Below are positions 1 to 10,192 of a DNA stretch of 64,000 nucleotides, in pieces. The stretch is taken from sequence record PP496444.1. One strand, written 5' to 3'. A program made the position numbers and the translations under genes. Every line of letters starts with the position of its first letter. The first letter of the stretch is position 1. The notes below the pieces were generated by a model. The model had not been told where the DNA came from and did no database searches. It saw only the letters and a list, made by a program, of their open reading frames with translations.

Positions 1-11
1 CCGGAGGCTAC

Positions 12-752
12 ATGGCATCCCCGTATGGAAAGACAAGTGGCGGGTCAGACCAACCCGCCACCGCAGGATTAACCAACGAACAGGTGATGGACAGTTTGTT
101 CAACTCGTTCAGACCTATCCCGGTCAAATACACGGTGGACGTTATCTCCCCGGTATGGCTGCGAACCGAACCGGCTCACCCCTGTCTAGTTCAAAGCATC
201 CCCGACATACCGGCGCCGCTGGTGGGCGAGTACGAGGAAGCCCCCACAAGCTCGCAGGCGGACGATGAGGACGAAACCCCCGATGATGACCGGTATAAGC
301 GGCTAGCGCTGGCCTATCCGGGACTGACGCGCTCGGAGCTGGAAGCCATTGAAGGTGAAATCGTTGACGTTCTGGATATCGATGAGGACTTCCGAGACGA
401 GTTCCTTCGCGACACCCAAGACATGGCGACCAGTATCCGGGAATTCCTCTTCAAGCAAATCGCGCCGATGGCCGTAGGTTCCAGCATTGCGTTCGACGAA
501 TTCAATCAGGAACTGTCTGCTGTCCTTGGCGACAAGAACGCGACTTCCAATTTCTCCACTGTCAAGCAGATGCTGGAGGATGCCATGACCATGAAGACTT
601 TCGAGTTCCTGACCGAACAGCTCAATCTGTCGTCGGAAAGCTCGCGCAACGTTCTCTCGGTGTTCATGGCGAAGCGCATATCTCCCGGAGGAAAGGGCAG
701 GACCACCGAGTCATTGCTCAAGGATCTGCTCAACGCTACTAAAGGCGCATAA
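12..752 (+). CDS. Hypothetical acidic protein directly upstream of TerL (small-terminase position, function unverified)
   Basis: 246-aa ORF with GGAGG SD; stop at 752 followed by TerL ATG at 754. Confidence 0.6.
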   Translation: MASPYGKTSGGSDQPATAGLTNEQVMDSLFNSFRPIPVKYTVDVISPVWLRTEPAHPCLVQSIPDIPAPLVGEYEEAPTSSQADDEDETPDDDRYKRLALAYPGLTRSELEAIEGEIVDVLDIDEDFRDEFLRDTQDMATSIREFLFKQIAPMAVGSSIAFDEFNQELSAVLGDKNATSNFSTVKQMLEDAMTMKTFEFLTEQLNLSSESSRNVLSVFMAKRISPGGKGRTTESLLKDLLNATKGA

Positions 753-753
753 C

Positions 754-3135
754 ATGGCAGCGAAACCACCTGACAAGATTTCGCGACGTAAGCTACAGGA
801 GCTCTTGGATCGGAAGGAGGATCAACTCAAGTCCGATCGCCGTCCCAAGAAGATCATCACCAAGCTCACGTCGTTCGAGAAGGCGAAAGCCGAATCCAGA
901 GACATCACCAAGCCCTATCACAAGGAAGTGACTCTGGATGACATCATGGATCTTCGCGGGATGCTGGGCGGAAGTCGCGCCATGGCCCCGCTGGAAGGTC
1001 AGTTCTTCATGTCACCCGAGGAGGAACAAATCTCGGAACTGGGACTGTCGGAAACGCTGGAGGAAATCTTCTCCAGTGGTATCGGCTTGCCTCCCGACCT
1101 GAAAATCGATGACCGTGACCTGAAAGCGCTGCCCAACGTATTCGAGTGGACTACCTCGAAGATGGGCGCGAAGATGAAGCCGTACGCCCGCCAGTACGAG
1201 GTGATGATCAAGTCCTGCTCTGAATGGTGCCCCCCCTGCACCAAGAAGCGTTGGCCGAAGCACAAGCTAGGTTTCGCGAAGTCGTTCCATTACTCGCCCG
1301 CTCTCCCCGTGGATTTTGACGTAGCCAACATTGACGACTACGTTCAGCACTTGGAGAACGGGCGTTGTCCGTGTTGCAAGAAAAGAAAGTCGGAGCTGGT
1401 GCGTAGCGGTCAGTTGCCTTTGGTCACCGAACTGGATATGTGTCTGGGACAGCGGGCAGGCAAGTCTGCAACTATTTATTCCCTGATCCCCTATCTCATC
1501 CACCGCTGGCTCAAGGTTCCTTCGCCGGTACAGGCATTGGGGCTGCTGGACAACACCCTGCTGTCCGGGGTAGTGGTGGCATTGACCTACGCTAAAGCCA
1601 CGTCCCTGCTCTGGCAACCGATTCACAACGCTATCTCGAATACTGGCTGGTTCAAAGAGTACAACGCACTGCTGAACCACTACCAAGAGTTCTACGGTGA
1701 AGAATTCTTCAAGCTGAAAGACTCGTTCGTGCAGTACGGTCACCGGAATATGATCTTCAGTCCCTCCGGCCCGAACAAGCGTACGCTCCGGGGTGAGACC
1801 CGTATCTGGACCGGCACGGACGAAATCGGTTTCTTCTACCACGGCGACGATGGAGACGACAAGGAACGCGCATCCGCCAACGAGGTATACGTGTCACTGG
1901 GTAACTCCCTGTTCACGGTTAAGAAGGCGGCGGAGACTGCCTTGCTGTCCGGCATGGACGGTATACCGATGACTCTGATGGCGAACATTTCCTCGCCGTC
2001 CAGCTACAAAGACAAGATCATGTCTTTGATCCGTGAGTTTGAGAACGAACCCACCGTCGTGACCATGCACCTGCCTACTTGGGAGTTCAACCCCAAGACC
2101 AGTAAGGGCGACTTCAAGAAGGAATACGCGGCTGATCCTATCAAGGCAGACCGTGACTTCGGGGCTAACCCTCCGATGTCTGAGAACCCTTACCTTCCTG
2201 ACCTCGAACCCATGAAGCGTCAGGTGCTAAAGTCCCAGCGCAACATGGTAGAGTACGAGTACAAGCTGATCAAGGCTACCAACGGTGCACCCCAGCGCTA
2301 TGCCAAGATCAAGCGCCTCCGTGAGTTCATGGATAAGGTGCCCAAGCACGTAATGACCATCGACGCCGGGCACAGCAACAACTCCTTCGCCTTGACCGTT
2401 GGTTACCCTGAGATGCATCGAGGGAAGCTCCGTCTGGTGTGCACGGGTGTGGTGGAAGTGGCGCCGACACACGGGCAGAACACGATCAACTTCACTAAGA
2501 TCGCCAAGGAAATGATCTATCCTTTGATCGAGCACTTCAACGTGGGTCTGGTGGTGACTGACCGCTGGAACTCTTTGAAGCTGCTGCATGACATAGAAGA
2601 CGAGTATGGCATCTTCACATTGCAGTACAGCTTGCGGCCAGATGACTTCAACTTCATCTACGACTACTACATGGATGAAGACTTCGCGTACGCCCGTATC
2701 CCGGTGCCTGAGATTCCCATCGATACGATCATGGACGTAGACATCGATGAGTATCCGAAGTGCTTCGGCCCCGGCAACAAGACCACGGGCAAACCAATGC
2801 CTGTTGCGCACATGATCCACCAATCCCAAACCGTTCAGGTTAATAGCCGGGGCAGTGTGGATAAAGGGCTGGGCCTGACCGATGACATCTTCCGTGCGTT
2901 CAACTTGCTCACCTACGTCTGCGTGGATGAGGAATACGTGGAAGAGTACATGTTGCTGACGGGTTCGGTCGCTGGGGAGAAGCGTGCCATCGGTGCCATG
3001 GCAAGAGGTGGCATCACGCCGGGCAGTCGGGCCAGTGGTGGCAAGGCCATGAGTACCTCGGTCGGTGCGGTTGCGGGGGCGAGCACAGCCTCCGGCAGCG
3101 GTGGAAGCCGTGTATTCAGCCGTACGTCCCGCTAA
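754..3135 (+). CDS. terL: Terminase large subunit
   Basis: Walker A GQRAGKS, Walker B WTGTDEIG, motif III ISSP, RNase H-like nuclease motifs TIDAG..NSFAL and TDDIFRA; upstream of portal/protease genes. Confidence 0.88.
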   Translation: MAAKPPDKISRRKLQELLDRKEDQLKSDRRPKKIITKLTSFEKAKAESRDITKPYHKEVTLDDIMDLRGMLGGSRAMAPLEGQFFMSPEEEQISELGLSETLEEIFSSGIGLPPDLKIDDRDLKALPNVFEWTTSKMGAKMKPYARQYEVMIKSCSEWCPPCTKKRWPKHKLGFAKSFHYSPALPVDFDVANIDDYVQHLENGRCPCCKKRKSELVRSGQLPLVTELDMCLGQRAGKSATIYSLIPYLIHRWLKVPSPVQALGLLDNTLLSGVVVALTYAKATSLLWQPIHNAISNTGWFKEYNALLNHYQEFYGEEFFKLKDSFVQYGHRNMIFSPSGPNKRTLRGETRIWTGTDEIGFFYHGDDGDDKERASANEVYVSLGNSLFTVKKAAETALLSGMDGIPMTLMANISSPSSYKDKIMSLIREFENEPTVVTMHLPTWEFNPKTSKGDFKKEYAADPIKADRDFGANPPMSENPYLPDLEPMKRQVLKSQRNMVEYEYKLIKATNGAPQRYAKIKRLREFMDKVPKHVMTIDAGHSNNSFALTVGYPEMHRGKLRLVCTGVVEVAPTHGQNTINFTKIAKEMIYPLIEHFNVGLVVTDRWNSLKLLHDIEDEYGIFTLQYSLRPDDFNFIYDYYMDEDFAYARIPVPEIPIDTIMDVDIDEYPKCFGPGNKTTGKPMPVAHMIHQSQTVQVNSRGSVDKGLGLTDDIFRAFNLLTYVCVDEEYVEEYMLLTGSVAGEKRAIGAMARGGITPGSRASGGKAMSTSVGAVAGASTASGSGGSRVFSRTSR

Positions 3136-3188
3136 TCCAGACCCTAATTAAAGCCATTAAACGGATAACCCGAGTCGGGAGACCTGAA

Positions 3189-3416
3189 ATGCTGAACGTA
3201 TTCGATTTGATCAAGAGCAAGATGCCTAACGTCCACATTGAAGAAGCCCGTGTGGCGGAGGAACGTGAGATGGCCACGGCGGGATTGAGCAACGACGATC
3301 CTCTGGTATGCCCGGTGTGCAAGCAGCCGACCCAACCGATCATGGGCGGCAATAACGTGCCCATGCTCATCTGCGAGAAAGACCGCGTAGCCATGCCTGT
3401 TCCCGAAGGGGCCTAA
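3189..3416 (+). CDS. Small Zn-binding protein of head cluster
   Basis: 75 aa, CPVC...ICEKD; GGAG SD; coupled to the next gene. Confidence 0.65.
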   Translation: MLNVFDLIKSKMPNVHIEEARVAEEREMATAGLSNDDPLVCPVCKQPTQPIMGGNNVPMLICEKDRVAMPVPEGA

Positions 3417-3417
3417 C

Positions 3418-5232
3418 ATGATCCGAATGAACAACCGCATGCGGTTATCAGACAAGAATGGTCGCATGACGACCATCGCGTCGCCGCAGAGCATGAGTGG
3501 CGGCATGGGTGCAGGGGGTCACCCCATGACTCGCGCCATGGGTGGCAACGCATCCACACGAGATAGCCTGCTGGACGGCATCTTGAAGCTCGACCCGGAT
3601 GTCATGCGTCAGATCTACATGGACATGTACCTGTTCGACCCAACCATCGGGGGCGCCACTGACTTGCTGGCTCAGAGCCCGTGGTCGGACTACGATCTGG
3701 TAGACGCCGAACCGGAACAGCTTGACGTCTTCTACCGGTCGATGGAACTGCTGAACTACCGAGAGCTGATGCCGGAGTTCACCATTGACTACCTGACACT
3801 GGGTGCCGCTGTAGGTACTCCGTTGTACAGTGCACAGGAAAAGGCATTCACCGATATCATCCCGCACTCTATCGCCAGTATTCAGGTTCAGGAAGTTCCA
3901 CTGTATTCCCAAGATCCTGTGCTGACGCTGCTGGTGCCGGAAGAGATGCGTAACTTCGCGACCAGTCAAGACCCGTATGTGGTCAAGATGCGGCAGCGCA
4001 TGACGCCCAAGATGGTTGAAGCTTTCCGGGCGCAGGAGGTTGCACTCGATCCGGTGACCACGCTGTACGTGCCCCGCACTTCGTTCTCGACAGTGCAGCA
4101 AGGCGTGTCGCTGTACACTCGCTTGATTCCGATCTACTTGCTGGAACGTCTGCTGTACCGTGGCACGCTGACCGAGGCTACACGCCGCCAGCGCTCGACG
4201 TTGCACATTCAGGCCGGTGACGATCTGTGGAACCCGGACGACAACGAGCTGAACAGTCTGGTGCAGTTGTTCCTGCAAGCCGAGCAAGATCCAGTGTCGG
4301 CCATCGTCGCTACCCAGATGAACGTGCAGACTCAGGAGATTCGAGCTGCTGGTGACTTCTGGAAGTGGACGGACAACCTGGAGCAGTTCAACGACATCAA
4401 GCTGCGAGGCATGGGGATCAACGAATCCTACATGTCAGGTGATGTGACCTACGACAACCTCGCCACCAGTGTGACCATGTTCCAAGAGCAGCAAGACGCG
4501 CTCCGGGAAATGATGGTGCGCAAGACGCTGTACACTAAGGTGTTCCCGGTCCTGTCGATCACCCACGACTTCCGCCGCAAGGAAGAAACGCGCCACGCTC
4601 GCCGTGAGATGGCAACTGCCCGTGCTGCCCAGAAGCGTACGTTGAACGATTCGTTCGCGTTCCAGGTGAACGACAAAGCATCACTGGTCATTCCCAAGGT
4701 GGTGTGGCACAAGAAGCTGCGTTCCATGTACACCGAAGGCTCGTTCGACATCCTTGACAAGCTGGCGGAAGCCGGTCTGCCGGTCACCCTTCGGGCGTGG
4801 GCTGCTGCGGGTGGTTACGATCTGGACAGCGCGTTGCAGGCTATGGACGACGATGCCAAGCTGCGCAAAGAAGTGTCGGACTTCAAAGCCAAGAACGGTA
4901 TCGATGCCGGTACGGAAAACGACTTCAACCTTGACGGTGATACCGAGCTGTCGATGGTCAGGTCCGCATCCGCAATGCTGGATAAGGCAATGGGTGGCCG
5001 GGGGATGAAGCCGCTGGGCCTGCTGGGTCGTGAGTTCAGCGAGGCAGACAGTGAAGTGGTGCGTTACGACCATTCCGGCCAACGCAAGTGGGTACCTGAT
5101 CAGCACCGTGCCAAGCGTGAAGAGAACGATAAGGCGATGAAGGCGTTGAAACAGGCTTCTGACCCGGACTTCCGTGCCAAGACGGTTGCCGCCGTTAACC
5201 GTAAACAAGGCGCGAGAAAGACTCGCGGCTGA
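3418..5232 (+). CDS. Probable portal protein
   Basis: 604 aa following TerL; helical composition; D-P-x-I-G-G-A-x-D N-terminal helix and GINES..SG..TY segment resemble portal families; call rests largely on synteny. Confidence 0.6.
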   Translation: MIRMNNRMRLSDKNGRMTTIASPQSMSGGMGAGGHPMTRAMGGNASTRDSLLDGILKLDPDVMRQIYMDMYLFDPTIGGATDLLAQSPWSDYDLVDAEPEQLDVFYRSMELLNYRELMPEFTIDYLTLGAAVGTPLYSAQEKAFTDIIPHSIASIQVQEVPLYSQDPVLTLLVPEEMRNFATSQDPYVVKMRQRMTPKMVEAFRAQEVALDPVTTLYVPRTSFSTVQQGVSLYTRLIPIYLLERLLYRGTLTEATRRQRSTLHIQAGDDLWNPDDNELNSLVQLFLQAEQDPVSAIVATQMNVQTQEIRAAGDFWKWTDNLEQFNDIKLRGMGINESYMSGDVTYDNLATSVTMFQEQQDALREMMVRKTLYTKVFPVLSITHDFRRKEETRHARREMATARAAQKRTLNDSFAFQVNDKASLVIPKVVWHKKLRSMYTEGSFDILDKLAEAGLPVTLRAWAAAGGYDLDSALQAMDDDAKLRKEVSDFKAKNGIDAGTENDFNLDGDTELSMVRSASAMLDKAMGGRGMKPLGLLGREFSEADSEVVRYDHSGQRKWVPDQHRAKREENDKAMKALKQASDPDFRAKTVAAVNRKQGARKTRG

Positions 5233-5256
5233 CACTTATATAACTGGAGAGCATAC

Positions 5257-7128
5257 ATGAAACACAATCCACAAGTCACGCGCCTTTCCGCCTTGGCTAA
5301 CGCTGGCATCAACGTCAAGTCAGGTTCGCCGGTCGATGTCGTGCACCAGCACACTCGCACTCTGGGCAACAACATCGACAAGCTGAGTCAACCTCGTCAG
5401 TGGGCCATCGCTCACCTGATGAACGAAGCGGCCGATCTGCTGGTTGTCGAAACCGGCACGCTGCAAGACGATTACATCGACTACTTCAAAGGTGCGCTGG
5501 AGAAGTTCGGTGTGTCCTCTCCGGCGGAACTGTCCCAAGACAAGGCTTCCGAGTTCTTCAACTGGATTAGCGCCAACTGGAAGAAAGGTGTCGGCCCGAA
5601 AGCCGAAGCCAGCGTGGAGACTGCGGCAACCAACTACTGGGGTTTGAAGAATCCCAAGCACAAGGCTGACGACTATATCAACCTCGGCAAGAAATACGGC
5701 TTCACGTTCGACGGCTTCGACGAATCAGGCATTGCCACGTGGAAGACCACTGGCGCGGAAAGGACTTCGGTCTTCAAAGCTGCACTGGACAAGCTCGAAG
5801 GCAAGAAAGTAGAGCTGATCAAGGAAGAAGCCGGTGTTGAAGTAGCGGCTACCCACTACTGGGGACTTAAGAACCCCAAACACAAGGCTGACGAGTATAT
5901 CAGCCTCGGTAAGAAGTACGGCTTCGTGTTTGACGGTTTCGATGAGTCTGGAATCGCTACATGGAAGACTACAGGGGCGGAGAGACCAGGTCCGTTCCAA
6001 GCCGCGTTGAACAAGCTGGAAGGCAAAAAGGTAGATCTCGTCAAGGAGGAAGCCAGTGTTGAAACCGCCAGCCAGTTCTCCTTCGTCAAAGTATCGCAGG
6101 AAGGTCGTACGTATCGACTGGAAGCGTCGGACAAAGGCAACTTCAGATCGATCATGATCTGGAAGGGTGGCATGTGGGCCAAGCCGGGTCCGGGTGAAGA
6201 GTTCAAGGAAAAAGAACCACATCGCATGCTGGGCGAACTGCGTACCCCGAACGGTGCAGAGCTGGCTACCCTCATGTTGCCTGAGACTCCAGTGGCAAGC
6301 ATGGAAGAGATGGCCGAGTTGTTCAGCCAGATGGGTATCGAGGAAAGCGAGATCCGTCGCTTCTACGGGGGTGGCCCAGAGTGGAACGACCGTAGCGTCT
6401 ACGATGGCGACATCCCGAGCGTATCCCCGGTCAACCTCAGCGCGAACCCAACGTACGCCTACACTGACATGCACCCGCTGCGTGCCTACGAGGCGGAAGA
6501 CACCATCCGTATCAACGGTCTGGATGCCACGCTGCAAGCCATCGACAACGGGCAGGCTGTGTTCACGGCTGACGGCGTAGATACCACCACCGTGCCGCTG
6601 GACAACATTGTGGTCGCTGAAGGTGAAGCCTCAGTAGTAGCTACTGCCATGGTATCTCACCGCGTACTGGTCACTGCCGGTCACGAAGACCTGACGCAGT
6701 ACAAATCGCTGCGTCACGACTTCGAGTCTGCTACGGCTAACCACCAAGAGCTGGCTGGCGTCAAGGTCGGACCAGCACTGCAAGCACTCGCCAAGGCTGG
6801 TAACCGTCGCGCTCTGGTACTGGCTCACGCCGGTGTGCAGCGTATCAACGAAGGCCACGCATTGCTCAAAGCCTCCATCGGCTACGGCAAGGAAGCGGCG
6901 ACCGCCAGCGTCATCACAGAGTTGGCTGACCTGAACAACCTGTGTGGCAAGGATCAAGTATCGCCGCAAGACGTGATCGATTCCGCGCCGGTGGTCACCC
7001 ATCTGAAGCAGGGTGAGTTCAAGGAAGACATGCCGGACACGGTTGACCCTTCGGACTTCGAGCTGAACGACACGCAAGCCGAACAGGCGTCCACGCGCAA
7101 GAGCCGCTTCCCTAGCCGCAAGCGCTAA
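5257..7128 (+). CDS. Putative internal head protein with two 74-aa tandem repeats
   Basis: 623 aa between portal and protease; repeats start 5605 and 5827; GGAG SD; basic C-terminal tail. Confidence 0.6.
   Translation: MKHNPQVTRLSALANAGINVKSGSPVDVVHQHTRTLGNNIDKLSQPRQWAIAHLMNEAADLLVVETGTLQDDYIDYFKGALEKFGVSSPAELSQDKASEFFNWISANWKKGVGPKAEASVETAATNYWGLKNPKHKADDYINLGKKYGFTFDGFDESGIATWKTTGAERTSVFKAALDKLEGKKVELIKEEAGVEVAATHYWGLKNPKHKADEYISLGKKYGFVFDGFDESGIATWKTTGAERPGPFQAALNKLEGKKVDLVKEEASVETASQFSFVKVSQEGRTYRLEASDKGNFRSIMIWKGGMWAKPGPGEEFKEKEPHRMLGELRTPNGAELATLMLPETPVASMEEMAELFSQMGIEESEIRRFYGGGPEWNDRSVYDGDIPSVSPVNLSANPTYAYTDMHPLRAYEAEDTIRINGLDATLQAIDNGQAVFTADGVDTTTVPLDNIVVAEGEASVVATAMVSHRVLVTAGHEDLTQYKSLRHDFESATANHQELAGVKVGPALQALAKAGNRRALVLAHAGVQRINEGHALLKASIGYGKEAATASVITELADLNNLCGKDQVSPQDVIDSAPVVTHLKQGEFKEDMPDTVDPSDFELNDTQAEQASTRKSRFPSRKR
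5605..6069 (+). repeat. Coding tandem repeat, 222-bp unit x2 plus start of a third
   Basis: gaagcc anchors at 5605, 5827 and 6049; peptide YWGLKNPKHKAD.YI.LGKKYGF.FDGFDESGIATWKTTGAER repeated. Confidence 0.9.
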
Positions 7129-7138
7129 TCATCTGGAC

Positions 7139-7158
7139 AGGGGATCGCAAGGTCCCCT
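7139..7158 (+). other. Intergenic hairpin AGGGGATC-GCAA-GGTCCCCT (repeated element, no U-tract)
   Basis: Related copies at 13849-13864 and 49326-49343. Confidence 0.7.
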
Positions 7159-7174
7159 CATCAGGAACTTGACC

Positions 7175-9379
7175 ATGACAATCAAGAGTGCTACATTCGC
7201 GGCAGCGGAATCGCAAGCTCAAGGCCTAGCCAGCTCGATGGGCTGGCCGGGAGAGGTACTGGACAACGGGGATGGCACTGTCACTCTGTCGCCACCCGAC
7301 GCATGGGACGATGAAGAGAATCCCGGCAAGGTGGCAGCGTCCAAGCTGACCGGCAACAAGGACTGTCACGTCTTCGCCAGCATGGCGGTGCCCAGTGAAG
7401 GTGAGTGGATGGCTGTCGTCATTCAAGGCACCCCGGCACTGGTACTCATCGATCAAGGATCTGGTGAAGGCTGGTTGACCCTACAGGCCCCTGCGGACTT
7501 CGATGTTCCGGAGAGCGTGCTGATTCCTTTCCAACAACGCCTGACCCAAACGGAAACTGCTTCAATGGATATCGAAAAAGATGTAGAACTGGCCGCAGGG
7601 AAGAAAGCTTCCGAGGTTGACGTATTGCTCAAGCTGCGTGCTGAGTACGACAGCATCAAGACGGCTAAGTCCCGTGTAGGTATCTTGCGGGCTAGGAACC
7701 CGACTGAGTACAAGAGGAAAGTAGCTGCTCTTACCAAACGGGAAGAAAAGCTGAAAGCTGCTATCGAGAAGATCGTTCCTTCGGGCCGTATGCCGTCACA
7801 AGAAAGTCTGGTTCGCCGGAAGGCAGCAGAATCAGGCAAGCCCGCAGCACCGGTTAAGCGGGTGAGCAAGGAGGCTAAGGACAAGGCAGCAAAGGACCGA
7901 ATCCACCAGAACATGCTTCAAGACTCCAAACGTACCAGTGATACGGTCAAGAAACATGGGGTCTCAGAGTCGGAAGCTCGTACCCTGCACCGGGGCAAGT
8001 ACCCCAAGTCTTACATGCAGGCTGAAAAGGATCTGGACGAACTTACCCACAAGCTAAAAGATCCTGATCTTACTGACGCGCAGGAAGCCAAGCTGGAAAA
8101 AGAAGTAAAGGAACGTCGTGCGCAACTGAAGGCGAAGAAAAAGAAATACGATGCCGTCCTCAAGGAATCGGAGGAAGCCTCAGTCCAGCCGGATACCCGT
8201 ACACAGGTTCTGGCTAACGTATCCAGCGACCCGGCTGCACCTGAGTATCAGGAAGCCTCGATCACGGGTGTCACGCCGGAAGGTCACATCTCAGTAGCGT
8301 TTGCTGATGGCGACATCGGGGTGTACCAAGGTAAATTCGACCCCGCGGGTCTGATGCCAATCGCGGAAGCGGCAGGCGTTGAAGTTGCCAGCTTCAAACA
8401 CCACACCATGGTTCTGGCCAACGTTGGCACTGCGGCAGCACCTGAATACGCCGAAGCCGAGGTGGTTGGTTCCACTGAGGAAGGCCATCTGGAAGTCGCG
8501 TTTGCCGATGGTGACGTGGGCATCTACCGTTCCATGTTCCACCCTACCGGTATCCTGCCGCTGGGTGTGACTGCCGAGACGGCCAGTGTGCTCATCGAGG
8601 TAGCTGCACGTACGGCAATGACCCCGGAGCAGAAGCTCAAGCGTGCACAGGACCTGCTCAAGCTGCGTACGCTGCACGACAAGTACGAGACCAATACCGA
8701 CGCCCTGAAAGGCAAGAAAGGTCCGGATAACAAAGCCAAGCGTGACAAGAACAACGCTGACAAGGCCAAACTCCGCGCCAAGCTGGACAAGATGGGTGTC
8801 ACGTCCCTGCCGAGCAAAGCTCACCTGCAGCGTACCATCAAGCAGCACAGCGATCTGCCGACCCGCATGCGTGCATCGGACAAGAAGCCAGCTGTCAAGC
8901 CTGCAACCAAGCCGGGGGCGAAACCCGCTGCCAAGAAGTCACCGCTTGAGGAACTGCAAAAGCAGATTAGATTCCTCAAGGTGAAGCTCACGTTGCCGGG
9001 CACCGCTGACTCCAAGGCCAAAGTCAAAGCTGACATCAAGAAGCTTACCGATAAGGTGAGCACGATGAAAGCTGACGCCCCGGCCAAGGATAAACCCGCT
9101 GCCAAGAAGCCTAACTCGGTGGCCGTTCTTCGAGAAGCAGCTTTGGCGTTGGAAGACTATCAAAAGTCTATCAAGGGTAAGAAGCATACCCCCGCTAACA
9201 AGTTAAAGCTGGCAGAGCTCAAAGAGGCCGTAGCGGAAGCTAGAAAGATCGCCAAGGCTGACAACGCCAGGTCGGCAGCACGGGGTAAGGCACAGCACGC
9301 GAAAGATAGTGCCAAGCATGCCAAAGGTCAAAGGGAGTTCGATAAAGACGTTAAACTCGGACTGAAGAGCGTTGACTAA
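7175..9379 (+). CDS. Putative head/core protein with Lys-rich regions and two Tudor-like repeats
   Basis: About 735 aa; repeats at 8201 and 8405 (VLANV..P.Y..A.I...T.EGH..VAFADGD.G.Y); Lys/Ala-rich histone-like segments; directly upstream of protease. Confidence 0.6.
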   Translation: MTIKSATFAAAESQAQGLASSMGWPGEVLDNGDGTVTLSPPDAWDDEENPGKVAASKLTGNKDCHVFASMAVPSEGEWMAVVIQGTPALVLIDQGSGEGWLTLQAPADFDVPESVLIPFQQRLTQTETASMDIEKDVELAAGKKASEVDVLLKLRAEYDSIKTAKSRVGILRARNPTEYKRKVAALTKREEKLKAAIEKIVPSGRMPSQESLVRRKAAESGKPAAPVKRVSKEAKDKAAKDRIHQNMLQDSKRTSDTVKKHGVSESEARTLHRGKYPKSYMQAEKDLDELTHKLKDPDLTDAQEAKLEKEVKERRAQLKAKKKKYDAVLKESEEASVQPDTRTQVLANVSSDPAAPEYQEASITGVTPEGHISVAFADGDIGVYQGKFDPAGLMPIAEAAGVEVASFKHHTMVLANVGTAAAPEYAEAEVVGSTEEGHLEVAFADGDVGIYRSMFHPTGILPLGVTAETASVLIEVAARTAMTPEQKLKRAQDLLKLRTLHDKYETNTDALKGKKGPDNKAKRDKNNADKAKLRAKLDKMGVTSLPSKAHLQRTIKQHSDLPTRMRASDKKPAVKPATKPGAKPAAKKSPLEELQKQIRFLKVKLTLPGTADSKAKVKADIKKLTDKVSTMKADAPAKDKPAAKKPNSVAVLREAALALEDYQKSIKGKKHTPANKLKLAELKEAVAEARKIAKADNARSAARGKAQHAKDSAKHAKGQREFDKDVKLGLKSVD

Positions 9380-9401
9380 CCACACCTGACTGGAGCAAGA
9401 C

Positions 9402-10160
9402 ATGAACGTGTTTGAAATGATTGCCCAGCAGAACGCGGAGATGAAACCCATCGACGTGCACGCGCTGGTTAAAGGCAGGGATGTAGATTCAAAGCTGAAA
9501 GAGATGACCACGGCCAAAGTCGGTGTTCCCGGCTTGTCCCAGGCCATCAACTTCGCGGAGTGGTTGCCGTTCGCGGCCAAGACGTATCACTGCTCACCGG
9601 ACCCGAAGGATTACATTCTGGTCCCGAACATCGTGATGCCATCGGAGATCCCTAACCGTAACGGGGTGGGCTTCCCTCTGCAACAACTGGTGCGCTTCAA
9701 CCCAGAGTACGGTTGCCAAGGCTTCCGTACGGCAGTCGGCAAGGGTACATACGCTGACCACCAGAACAACACTGTGGCCCCACTGGCTAAAGGCGTGATC
9801 GTGGATTCGTTCCTGCGCCCGCTGGAAGGCTACAAGGGCGGCGTGTGGAAGTTGCTGTTCCTTCTGGCGTACGACCGCTCCAAAGACCAAGCGCTAACCG
9901 ACGCCATCTTGGCGGGCACTCGTACCAACTACAGCATGGGCGCGTATCTGAGCAAGTACACGTGCTCCATCTGCGGTCGGGACCGGGGCCAGTGCACGCA
10001 CCTGAGCGCACAGAAAGGTTCGGTGAACTTCCGCAAGGTGGGTAACCAGCTGGCATACGCTCAGGCGTACGAACCGGTATTCTTCGAGACGTCCTCGGTT
10101 GAAGATCCGGCATTCGTGTCCAGCGTGACCGGCGCTGATCACCTGCTTATCACTCGGTAA
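9402..10160 (+). CDS. Prohead (capsid maturation) protease, HK97/assemblin-like fold
   Basis: PN.NG..F N-terminal motif, candidate catalytic His (ADH), YSMG, Zn insert CSICG..C.H, and FFETSSVEDPA (E-x-S-x-V-x-x-P-A catalytic Ser motif). Confidence 0.75.
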   Translation: MNVFEMIAQQNAEMKPIDVHALVKGRDVDSKLKEMTTAKVGVPGLSQAINFAEWLPFAAKTYHCSPDPKDYILVPNIVMPSEIPNRNGVGFPLQQLVRFNPEYGCQGFRTAVGKGTYADHQNNTVAPLAKGVIVDSFLRPLEGYKGGVWKLLFLLAYDRSKDQALTDAILAGTRTNYSMGAYLSKYTCSICGRDRGQCTHLSAQKGSVNFRKVGNQLAYAQAYEPVFFETSSVEDPAFVSSVTGADHLLITR

Positions 10161-10192
10161 GCAGGAACTCCGTAAGAAGTAGAGGTGGCATC

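Noticed and set aside
5605-6069. CRISPR array or non-coding tandem repeat
   Set aside because: The 222-bp units are in-frame coding repeats with synonymous divergence. No repeat-spacer array was seen anywhere in the window.
5257-9379. Major capsid protein
   Set aside because: Both ORFs are mosaic, low-complexity and Lys-rich, with no HK97-fold hallmarks recognised; the capsid gene probably lies outside this window.
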